From positions 12,027 through 76,026 of the forward strand of contig CAIOFV010000106.1 in the NCBI GenBank assembly GCA_903857665.1: DNA of 64,000 bases, read 5' to 3'. Origin of the DNA: an uncultured Myxococcales bacterium (lineage in GTDB: Bacteria; Myxococcota_A; UBA9042; DTJE01). The translations under genes and the position numbers were made by a program. Below the pieces are notes generated by a model. The model worked only from the letters and a program-made list of their open reading frames with translations, did not search any database and was not told the DNA's origin. Positions within the stretch are counted from its first letter, which is position 1; each line of letters starts with the position of its first letter. Shown piece after piece: positions 17,451-25,460 of the stretch.

Positions 17451-18862
17451 GCGGTCGGGATCCGGGAACGGCGGCCACCGCGAAGCCCCTGGTGGCCGTG
17501 GTGGATGACGACGAGGCCGCGCGGACCTCGGTCGGCCAGATGTTCCGCCTGCGACGCTACGAGGTGAAGACGTTCACGTCGGCCGAGGCCGCGCTGGCGT
17601 GGCCGCCGCTGGCCGACGCGGACGCCGTGGTCTGCGACGTGAAAATGCCCGGCATGAGCGGCGAGGACTTCCTGGCCGAGATGCAGCGCCACGCCTGGGC
17701 CCCGCCGGTCATCCTGATCACGGGCCACGGCGACGTGTCGATGGCGGTGCGGTGCCTGAAGGCCGGTGCGTACGACTTCGTCGAAAAGCCCTTCGAGGAC
17801 GACGTGCTGCTGGCGTCGGTGGCCCGCGCGGTGGAAAAGACCACTTTGCGGCGCGAATCCGCGGACCTGCGCAAGCGCCTGGCCGCGGCCTCCACGGACG
17901 AGGACGGCCGGTACGGGCTGATCGGCCGCAGCCGGGCCATGCAGGACGTGTACGACCAGGTGGACGTGGTGGCGCGATCGGCGGCACCGGTGCTGGTGTG
18001 GGGCGAAACGGGCACCGGCAAGGAACTGGTGGCCCGGGCGATCCACGCGCAGAGCCCCCGCGCGAAGGGGCCCTTCGTGGCGCTGAATGCGGCGGCCCTT
18101 CCGGAAACGATGCTGGAGTCCGAGCTGTTCGGGCACGCCCGCGGCGCCTTCACCGGGGCCGACAGTGCGCGCGACGGCAAGATGGTGGCGGCGTCGGGCG
18201 GCACGCTGCTGCTGGACGAGGTGGAAAGCATCCCGGTCAAGGCGCAATTGCAGTTGCTGCGGGTGCTGGAGGACGGGCTTGTGTACCCGCTGGGTCGTGA
18301 CGCCCCGCGCCAGGTGGACATCCGGCTGGTCGCCACGACGAAGGTCGATCTGGGCGAGCAGGTCCGCAAGGGGATGATGCGAGAGGACTTCTACCACCGC
18401 ATCCTGGTGCTGCAGGTGCACCTGCCGGCGCTGAGGGAGCGGTCGGAGGACGTGCCGCTGCTGGTGGGCCACTTCCTGAAGCTGGCCGCGACCCGCAACG
18501 GCGTCCCGGTGCCGCAGATCCCCGACGAATCGCTGGCCGCCATGATGCGCCATCCCTGGCCCGGCAACGTGCGCGAACTGAAGCACGCCGTCGAGCGCAT
18601 GGTGATCACCGCGCGGGACGGCCGCAGCGGCCCGTTCGCCGGCGAGGAGGAGTTCGGCGCGTCCCGCCTGCTGTCGCTGCCCCCCGGCGCGGGACGGCTG
18701 CGCGACGAACTGGAAGCCACCGAGCAGCGCGTCATCCGCGAGGCGCTGGATCGCGCGGTGGGCGAGGTGACGACCGCTGCGTTGAACCTGGGCATTTCGC
18801 GGCGCGCGCTGTACGAACGGATGAAGAAGTACGGCCTGTCCCGCGAGGACTTCCAGGAATGA
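17447..18862 (+). CDS. Sigma54-dependent response regulator (DctD/NtrC family)
   Basis: Receiver domain (VVDDD, CDVKMP), Walker A GETGTGKE, GAFTGA, WPGNVRELK and a C-terminal HTH. ATGA overlap with the kinase gene. Confidence 0.95.
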   Translation: MSGRDPGTAATAKPLVAVVDDDEAARTSVGQMFRLRRYEVKTFTSAEAALAWPPLADADAVVCDVKMPGMSGEDFLAEMQRHAWAPPVILITGHGDVSMAVRCLKAGAYDFVEKPFEDDVLLASVARAVEKTTLRRESADLRKRLAAASTDEDGRYGLIGRSRAMQDVYDQVDVVARSAAPVLVWGETGTGKELVARAIHAQSPRAKGPFVALNAAALPETMLESELFGHARGAFTGADSARDGKMVAASGGTLLLDEVESIPVKAQLQLLRVLEDGLVYPLGRDAPRQVDIRLVATTKVDLGEQVRKGMMREDFYHRILVLQVHLPALRERSEDVPLLVGHFLKLAATRNGVPVPQIPDESLAAMMRHPWPGNVRELKHAVERMVITARDGRSGPFAGEEEFGASRLLSLPPGAGRLRDELEATEQRVIREALDRAVGEVTTAALNLGISRRALYERMKKYGLSREDFQE

Positions 18863-18998
18863 AGAGCACTTTCGACCATGATTCGACAGCCTTGCTGCCC
18901 GTGCGCGATTTTTCGATCATCTTTTCATCCGCAGCCGATTTTTCAGGCAAACTGACACGTCAAGTCGGCGCGGCGAGCCGTTTTTCCAGTTCACTCTG

Positions 18999-19027
18999 TT
19001 GACACGCCCCCTCCTTGCCCCTATCCT
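18999..19027 (+). promoter_or_regulatory. Sigma70 promoter of glnA (TTGACA-N17-TATCCT)
   Basis: Perfect -35, 17-nt spacer and plausible -10, about 80 nt upstream of the ATG. Confidence 0.7.
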
Positions 19028-19035
19028 CCGTTCAT

Positions 19036-19084
19036 GGTCAGGCGGCGGTCCCCGGAGGCTCCGGGGGACACACCTTCGCCAACC
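19036..19084 (+). other. Predicted stem-loop in the glnA 5' leader
   Basis: GTCCCCGGA/TCCGGGGGAC inner stem, flanked by GGCG/CGCC and GGT/ACC pairings. Confidence 0.45.
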
Positions 19085-19106
19085 CGCGCCCGCTGGAGGT
19101 TGCCCC

Positions 19107-20453
19107 ATGAAGACCGAGCCTCTTCGCCCGCTGGACAAGGAAAAGATCCTCAAGCTCTGCAAGGAAGAAAAGGTCCGGTTCCTGCGCCTGCAGTTCACGG
19201 ACATCCTGGGCATCAACAAGAACGTCGAGGTCCCGGAAAGCCAGTTCGTGAAGGCGCTGGACGGCGAGATCATGTTCGACGGCTCGTCGATCCAGGGCTT
19301 CGTCCGGATCGAGGAATCGGACATGGTCCTCAAGCCGGACCTGGAATCGTTCCGGATCTTCCCGTGGGCGGACGAGCGAGGCAAGGTCGCCCGCGTCATC
19401 TGCGACGTGGTCCAGCCCGACGGCTCCCCGTTCCCCGGCTGCCCGCGGTCGGCGCTGAAGCGGGTCGTCGCCGAGGCGGCCAAGATGGGCTACACCCCGA
19501 TGCTGGGCCCGGAAGCGGAATTCTTCCTGTTCCAGTTGAACCCGGACGGCACGCCGACCACGATCACGCATGACCAGGGGGCGTACTTCGACCTGGCGCC
19601 GATCGACAAGGGCGAGGACTGCCGCCGCTCGATCGTGAATGCCCTGGAGGGCATGGGCTTCGAAATCGAGGCGGCCCACCACGAGGTCGCCCCCGGCCAG
19701 CACGAAATCGACTTCCGGTACGACGAGGCCATCGCGACGGCCGACCAGTTGGTCACGTTCAAGTTCGTGGTGCGCAAGGTCGCCCTGGACTACAACCTCC
19801 ACGCGACCTTCATGCCCAAGCCGATCGCGGGCATCAACGGTTCGGGCATGCACGTGCACCAGTCGCTGTACAAGAACGGCAAGAACATGTTCTTCGACCC
19901 CAAGGCGAAGTGGCAGCTGTCGGAAACCGCGCTGAACTACATCGGCGGCGTGCTGGCCCACGCGAAGGGCATCTGCGCGATTACCAACCCGACGGTCAAC
20001 TCCTACAAGCGCCTGGTGCCGGGCTACGAGGCCCCGACCAACATCGTGTGGTCCGAGCGCAACCGCAGCCCGATGGCCCGCGTGCCCGAGCGGCGCGGCA
20101 GCGGCACCCGCGTCGAAATCCGCATGCCCGACCCGTCCTGCAATCCCTACCTGGCGTTCGCGGTGATGATCGCGGCCGGCCTGGACGGCATCCGGAACAA
20201 GACGTCCCCCGGGGAACCGGTCAACAAGAACATCTTCGAGATGTCACAGCGCGAGAAGCGGCGCCACAAGATCGACGAACTGCCCGGCGACCTCAGCGAG
20301 GCGTTGAAGGAACTGCGCAAGGACGAGATCGTGAAGGGCGCCCTGGGCGAGCACCTGACCACCCAGTTCCTGGAGGCCAAGTCCGCCGAGTGGGCGAAGT
20401 ACATCGCCGTGGTCCACAAGTGGGAACTGGACGAGTACCTCGCCCGCTTCTGA
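19107..20453 (+). CDS. glnA: Glutamine synthetase type I (alpha-like)
   Basis: MFDGSSI, HHEVAPGQHEIDF, TFMPKP..GINGSGMH, KRLVPGYEAP, RVEIR.PDP.CNPY. NIFEM replaces the NLYDL adenylylation motif. Confidence 0.97.
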   Translation: MKTEPLRPLDKEKILKLCKEEKVRFLRLQFTDILGINKNVEVPESQFVKALDGEIMFDGSSIQGFVRIEESDMVLKPDLESFRIFPWADERGKVARVICDVVQPDGSPFPGCPRSALKRVVAEAAKMGYTPMLGPEAEFFLFQLNPDGTPTTITHDQGAYFDLAPIDKGEDCRRSIVNALEGMGFEIEAAHHEVAPGQHEIDFRYDEAIATADQLVTFKFVVRKVALDYNLHATFMPKPIAGINGSGMHVHQSLYKNGKNMFFDPKAKWQLSETALNYIGGVLAHAKGICAITNPTVNSYKRLVPGYEAPTNIVWSERNRSPMARVPERRGSGTRVEIRMPDPSCNPYLAFAVMIAAGLDGIRNKTSPGEPVNKNIFEMSQREKRRHKIDELPGDLSEALKELRKDEIVKGALGEHLTTQFLEAKSAEWAKYIAVVHKWELDEYLARF

Positions 20454-20535
20454 CCTGCGCTCCGCATCGACATCCGCTTCTGCCCCGCATCATGTCGTGA
20501 TACCTTCATGCCGCACCGATGAGGAGGACGTCACC

Positions 20536-21261
20536 ATGGAACGCCGAATCGCCACGGGAATCGCGCTGATGATCGCCCTCGCCCTGCCGGCCCAGGCCTT
20601 CGCGGGCTGGGGCCTGGTGGACCTGGAAATCGGGGCCAAGGGCGGGGCCGGCGGGACGCTGTGGACCAAGCCCACCAGCCAGCCGGCATACCTGATGAGC
20701 CAGGATTGGGCCTTTTCCCAGCGCCGGGGCGGCTGGAGCGGCACCGGCGGCCTGTATGTCCAGTTGCGCCTGCTGAAATGCCTGGGCATCGAGGTCGATG
20801 CCCTGGTCGAAGAGAGCCGGATTCGCGAGACGCCCTGGACGGGTTCCTCCTGGGAACTGACCGCCAAGGCCGTCACCATGCACGTGCCGGTCCTGGTCCA
20901 GGGCCTGTTGCCCTTGCCCGGCGTGCGCATCGGCGTCGTCGTAGGCCCCGAGTTCGTCTTCCCGATGTCCACCTCGGCCCAACTGTCCAACGCACCGCCG
21001 CCCGGCGTGCCGACTCCCTATCCCTTCAAGGTGGACTCGAAGTTCGCAACGTTCCTGACGGTCGGCATCAACATCACTCCCACGATCGGCCACCTCAGCA
21101 TCCCGGTCGACCTCCGGGCTTCGTACAACGTGACCCAGTCGTCGAAGTACGATGACCGCGTCGCGTGGAACAGCCCTGGAGACATCGCCAAGGGCTTCAC
21201 CATCCACTACCAGGACACCTGGGACTTCCGGCTGCTGGTCGGCCTCGGGTACGCGTTCTGA
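20536..21261 (+). CDS. Outer-membrane beta-barrel (porin-like) protein
   Basis: Signal peptide (AQAFA), amphipathic strands and a C-terminal aromatic motif VGLGYAF; GAGGAGG RBS. Confidence 0.7.
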   Translation: MERRIATGIALMIALALPAQAFAGWGLVDLEIGAKGGAGGTLWTKPTSQPAYLMSQDWAFSQRRGGWSGTGGLYVQLRLLKCLGIEVDALVEESRIRETPWTGSSWELTAKAVTMHVPVLVQGLLPLPGVRIGVVVGPEFVFPMSTSAQLSNAPPPGVPTPYPFKVDSKFATFLTVGINITPTIGHLSIPVDLRASYNVTQSSKYDDRVAWNSPGDIAKGFTIHYQDTWDFRLLVGLGYAF

Positions 21262-21333
21262 GCAGGGGCCGGCGGGCTCGGGGCTTGGTGGGCCGGGGGA
21301 GCGGGGTGCCTGACTCCGCGGGCCGGCGCTCGT

Positions 21334-21490
21334 GGGTTACCCAAGTAGATGACGGGCGCGCGGGTGGGGATCGCTACCCGAGGTGGGTTGCGGCAGCATG
21401 TTCGTTCGCGCCTGAACCGCTGCGCAGGCACACCCGTCCCCCGGCCGCGCCGTCCGGTCCCTCGCGATGCCCGGCCGGCCCCTGGGGCTT
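21334..21490 (+). repeat. ~155-bp repeat, left copy (inverted partner at 24470-24627)
   Basis: 21418-21483 is identical to the reverse complement of 24478-24543 (66 nt); similarity extends to GGGT(T/G)ACCCAAG. Confidence 0.85.
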
Positions 21491-21524
21491 GGGGGTTGAA
21501 CGTTCGTTGGGAAGGCTGGATTTG

Positions 21525-22376
21525 ATGGGCGGGTCACGGGTGCTGAAGAACTCGCTGCTTCTGGCCGGCGTTGTCGCGATTGCAGTGCCTATGGATGCAC
21601 TGGGATCGGGGATCGATGCCCCCGATTCCAGGTTTCGCCTGGACGCCGCCGCGGACGCGGTCGCGGTGATCCTTGCGACCGCAGCGACGGTCTTTCCGAA
21701 CTCCATGGACGCGCCCATCGCCTGGCGCAGGCCCGACCTCATGGACCGGCGCTCCGTGAACGCGTTCGATCGCGTCGCGACCCGGCAGTGGTCGCCGGCG
21801 GCAGGCACGGCCAGCGACGTGTTGCTGTGGGGCAGCGTCGGCGGGGTCTTCGTTGCATCCGCAGCCGAGGCGCTGATCCATCGGCACACGGCCCGGAAGT
21901 GGCTGGTCCAGGGGGTCGTGATGGCCGAGTCCATCCTCGTGACCTCGGGGCTGACGTCGATCGCGAAGGTCTCCGTCCGGCGCGCGCGGCCGGAGTTCTA
22001 CAACCCGCAGGCCCCCGCGTCGGTCCGGGCGACCCCCGATGCCAGCCTGTCGTTCTGGTCGGGCCACACGGCCCTCACGGCCGCCGCGCTGACGTCCTTC
22101 GCCGTGGTCGAGTGGCAGGAAGAGCCGGGCACGCCTCTGGCCTGGGCCTCGGCGGTGGCGGCGGGCCTGGTCATCCCGACGGTCGCATCCCTGCGCGTCG
22201 TCGCGGGCAAGCACTTCCCGACGGACGTCATCGCCGGCGGGCTGGTGGGCATCGCCGCGGGCGTCGCCGTCCCCTTGCTGCACCGCTGGAAGCCGGCGGG
22301 ACCGGCGAGCAGCCTGCAGGTGAACCCGCTGGCGCTGCCGGGAGGATCGGGCGCGGTGGCGACGCTGACATGGTGA
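21525..22376 (+). CDS. PAP2-family phosphatase
   Basis: K-x6-RP (KVSVRRARP), SFWSGH and R-x5-H-x3-D (RVVAGKHFPTD). Confidence 0.85.
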   Translation: MGGSRVLKNSLLLAGVVAIAVPMDALGSGIDAPDSRFRLDAAADAVAVILATAATVFPNSMDAPIAWRRPDLMDRRSVNAFDRVATRQWSPAAGTASDVLLWGSVGGVFVASAAEALIHRHTARKWLVQGVVMAESILVTSGLTSIAKVSVRRARPEFYNPQAPASVRATPDASLSFWSGHTALTAAALTSFAVVEWQEEPGTPLAWASAVAAGLVIPTVASLRVVAGKHFPTDVIAGGLVGIAAGVAVPLLHRWKPAGPASSLQVNPLALPGGSGAVATLTW

Positions 22377-22498
22377 CCGGTCCTTCAACGCGGCGAGCGC
22401 CGCAGCGGGTTTCCAGGCAGGTCTGCCGGTCGATGAAAGGTGTGGACAGGTCGGCAGGGCGAGGCAGAATAGCGGGAGTTCTTCGGGACGAGGGTGCG

Positions 22499-23563
22499 AT
22501 GCGGGTGAGCAGTGGAGTTGCGACGGGGCGGATGGCAACCCTGGCGATCCTCGTGATCGGGTTGACCGGGTGCGGGACCACCGGTTCGGCCGCCTGGGAC
22601 CCGGGAGCCGACATGGCCGCGGACGCCGCGCAGGAACTCGTCGACACCGCCCTGGACGTCGCGCCGGACCTGGCATCGGACCCGGCTCCCGATCTCCCGG
22701 ACGCCCCGGCGCTCGATCCCGCCGCCGACGTCCTCCCCGACGAGCCCCCCGCCATCCCGATGACCCTCGGAGGGGACGCGCGACCGGCAAGCCTGTTCGT
22801 GCCCGACAACTACGACCCGGCCAAGGCGTGGCCGCTGATCATCGTGCTGCACGGATACACGCTCAACGGCTGGTGGGAGATGGCCTACCTGGGCCTTTCC
22901 GACCGCTTCACGTCGAAGGGGTTCGTGCTGCTGGCGCCGGACGGGACCATCGACCTCCAGGGCAAGCACTTCTGGAACGCCTCGCCGTCCTGCTGCAACT
23001 TCAACAATTCGAACGTCGATGACGTCAAGTACCTGCGCTCCCTGGTGGTCGAGGCGAACGAGGTGCTGAACATCGATCCGGGCCGGATCCTGCTGTTCGG
23101 GCACTCGAACGGGGGGTTCATGGCGCTGCGCATGGCCTGCGACGCGTCGGACCTGATCACGGGCATCGCCACCGTGGGCGCGTCCATGAATGCCGAAACC
23201 GTCTGCACGCCGGCCCGGCCCGTGTCCGTCCTGCTGATCCACGGCACCGCAGACGAGACGATCGCCTACGGCGGCGGGACGTTCGGGGGCCTGGCGCCCT
23301 TCGTCGGGATCGACCAGTTGATGGCGGGCTGGAAGCAGCGGGACCAGTGCACGGGGGATCCTGTCACGGACACGGCCACGATGGACTTCGATTCGTACGT
23401 CGATGGGGCGGAGACGACCTCGAGCGGCTGGTCGGGTTGCGCGGACGGCACCCGCGTGGACCACTGGAAGATGGAGGGAAGCCTCCACAACCCGAACTTC
23501 ACCGACGCCTTCAAGGACGCGGTCATCGACCACCTCCTGTCCGAGCCCCGCCCGCCGAAGTAG
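22499..23563 (+). CDS. Lipoprotein esterase, PHB-depolymerase/LpqC-like alpha/beta hydrolase
   Basis: Lipobox LTGC, Asp/Pro/Ala linker, PLIIVLHG, GHSNGG nucleophile, IHGTAD and a late His. Confidence 0.85.
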   Translation: MRVSSGVATGRMATLAILVIGLTGCGTTGSAAWDPGADMAADAAQELVDTALDVAPDLASDPAPDLPDAPALDPAADVLPDEPPAIPMTLGGDARPASLFVPDNYDPAKAWPLIIVLHGYTLNGWWEMAYLGLSDRFTSKGFVLLAPDGTIDLQGKHFWNASPSCCNFNNSNVDDVKYLRSLVVEANEVLNIDPGRILLFGHSNGGFMALRMACDASDLITGIATVGASMNAETVCTPARPVSVLLIHGTADETIAYGGGTFGGLAPFVGIDQLMAGWKQRDQCTGDPVTDTATMDFDSYVDGAETTSSGWSGCADGTRVDHWKMEGSLHNPNFTDAFKDAVIDHLLSEPRPPK

Positions 23564-23609
23564 GGCGTGGCAGGGCCCGCCGACATTGCGAGGTACCGGA
23601 AGGCGAGGA

Positions 23610-24047
23610 TCAGCGTCGGCTCGGCAATCCGCGCCCGTGGCTTTCGTTGATGACGAACCCGCCGCCCGGGGCAACGGCCGACAGCAGGAGGCTCAGGCGT
23701 CCCACGGTGGGGATCGAACGCCCCTGCTCATATCGTGCGTAGCCGTTCAGGGAACGCGAACCCAACTTCTGGCTGACTTCGGATTGGGACAGGCCGCTCT
23801 TCACGCGTTGCCGACGGAGCAACAGTGCCGTCAAGGCCCCGATATCCGTCGAACCGATCTCGAAGTAGCCTTCGTCACCCGGGAAGACGTCCACGTGAAA
23901 GCCATCCTTGTTCACCAGACTTTCCACCGCGTCCGCAATCATCGCGTAGGCTTCCTTTCGGGTACGCCCCTGCGTCACCACTCCAAGGATCGGCACCTCG
24001 ATCGCCCAGTACCGACCGGCCTTGAGTACCTGGCCAGAGAATCGCAT
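23610..24047 (-). CDS. hicB: HicB-like antitoxin with a C-terminal XRE-type HTH
   Basis: W...VP..GVVTQG.TRKEAYAMIADA (HicB N-domain) followed by GLSQSEVSQKLG...YARYEQGRSIP (HTH). Confidence 0.8.
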   Translation of the reverse strand: MRFSGQVLKAGRYWAIEVPILGVVTQGRTRKEAYAMIADAVESLVNKDGFHVDVFPGDEGYFEIGSTDIGALTALLLRRQRVKSGLSQSEVSQKLGSRSLNGYARYEQGRSIPTVGRLSLLLSAVAPGGGFVINESHGRGLPSRR

Positions 24048-24049
24048 CG

Positions 24050-24223
24050 CTACACCCCTCCGGCCTCCCTGAGGATGGCCTTAGCGGTCACTTCGTTGAT
24101 CTCCGCATGTCGCGGAATCGGGATCTCGCGTTCACCCTTGACCCACACGTCATGCCGTCCGCCATGTCGGGCCAGCCGCCACCCCGACTCCCGCAGCACC
24201 TTTTCCAGGTAACGCCGCTTCAC
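24050..24223 (-). CDS. hicA: HicA mRNA-interferase toxin (57 aa; absent from the ORF track)
   Basis: My translation from GTG 24223: MKRRYLEKVLRESGWRLARHGGRHDVWVKGEREIPIPRHAEINEVTAKAILREAGGV. It has the G.H catalytic motif and IPRH, and sits directly upstream of hicB. Confidence 0.85.
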   Translation of the reverse strand: MKRRYLEKVLRESGWRLARHGGRHDVWVKGEREIPIPRHAEINEVTAKAILREAGGV

Positions 24224-24469
24224 GATCGGATCCTACACGTTTCTGTGTAGCAGAGCAAGGGCCCGGACCAGGGATCCACTCCCCGAATGCCAGGTTCACC
24301 ACCCGTGCATTGGCCGCAAGCGACCTTTCCCACCCGGACCACCCCTGATTCCATTGAATTCCCCGCCGAAGCGACCCTGAAATATCGCGGCAGAACCTGC
24401 AATGTTTCGCTCCACACGCCAGCCACGATGAAACTCTGTCCCGCTTACCTGCCCCCCCCCCATCCACCC

Positions 24470-24627
24470 AGGCCCCGAGGGGCCGGCCGGGCATCGCGAG
24501 GGACCGGACGGCGCGGCCGGGGGACGGGTGTGCCTGCGCAGCGTTCAGGCGCGAACGAACGCGATGCCGCAACCCACCTTGGGTAGAGGGCATCCTACGC
24601 GAAGCCAGACACCCGCTTGGGTCACCC
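24470..24627 (-). repeat. ~155-bp repeat, right copy (inverted relative to 21334-21490)
   Basis: Reverse-complement alignment by eye with the left copy. Confidence 0.85.
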
Positions 24628-24823
24628 GTGCGCGCCGGCCCGCGGAGCAGGCACCCCGTTCCCCGGCCCACCACGCCCCGAACCCGCCGGCCCCGCCCCA
24701 CACCGTACCCGGATCACCCGCGGGAGACTTGTACCCACACCCCAAACAAACCCTATTGAAGTCCGCGTTTTGCAACCCCGCATTCAACCTCATCCCCCGT
24801 CCCCGCCTCTCGCAATCCCCTCA

Positions 24824-24838
24824 TGGCACGCCTCTTGC
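24824..24838 (+). promoter_or_regulatory. Sigma54 (-24/-12) promoter of the hydrogenase operon
   Basis: TGGCACG-CCTC-TTGC is an exact match to TGGCACG-N4-TTGC, 80 bp upstream of the hydC ATG. Confidence 0.75.
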
Positions 24839-24918
24839 CAAGGCCGGGAGCAGGAACGGGAAACGTCCGCCCGGTCGGCGGAGCGAGGCCCGGTGAACGC
24901 GGAGGAGGTAAGAAGACG

Positions 24919-25458
24919 ATGGCGGACAACGCTGCAACGTGCACCTGCGAGGCCGTTCCCGAATCGGAACTGCTGTCGCGGCTGGAAGGGGTGATCGCGG
25001 AATACCGCGAAAAGCCCGGAGCCCTGATCCCGGTGCTCCAGATCGCCCAGGGGATCTTCGGGTACCTTCCCGAGGTCGCGCTGAAGCGGATCGCGGTCGG
25101 GCTGGACAAGCCCTTCAGCGAGGTCGCGGGCGTGGTCAGTTTCTACTCGTTCTTCAGCACGCAGCCCCGCGGACGGCACCTGGTCCGCGTGTGCCTGGGC
25201 ACTGCCTGCTACGTCCGCGGCGGCAAGCAGGTCCTCGACGGCCTGAAGGCGAAGCTGGGCTGCGACGTCGGGCAGACGACCGCCGACCGGAACTTCACGC
25301 TGGAAGTCGCCCGCTGCTTCGGCGCCTGCGGCCTCGCGCCCGCCATGATGATCGACGACGACGTGCACCAGCGGGTCAAGCCTGCGCGCCTGCAGGCGAT
25401 CCTCGACCGCTACGCGGCCGAGCCTGGTGACGTTCAACCCATTCCCGGAGGCGAGTGA
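24919..25458 (+). CDS. hydC: [FeFe]-hydrogenase gamma subunit (NuoE/HydC-like, [2Fe-2S])
   Basis: LIPVLQIAQ, VSFYSFF, VCLGTAC and CFGAC; GGAGGAGG RBS. Confidence 0.92.
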   Translation: MADNAATCTCEAVPESELLSRLEGVIAEYREKPGALIPVLQIAQGIFGYLPEVALKRIAVGLDKPFSEVAGVVSFYSFFSTQPRGRHLVRVCLGTACYVRGGKQVLDGLKAKLGCDVGQTTADRNFTLEVARCFGACGLAPAMMIDDDVHQRVKPARLQAILDRYAAEPGDVQPIPGGE

Positions 25459-25460
25459 CC

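Noticed and set aside
19028-19106. Known glutamine riboswitch (glnA or downstream-peptide motif)
   Set aside because: The leader begins CGTTCA but lacks the complementary GAACG and the conserved purine-rich junctions.
21334-24627. Classical composite transposon
   Set aside because: There is no transposase ORF, the repeats are far shorter than IS elements, and no target-site duplication was identified. It is kept only as an inverted-repeat-bounded block.
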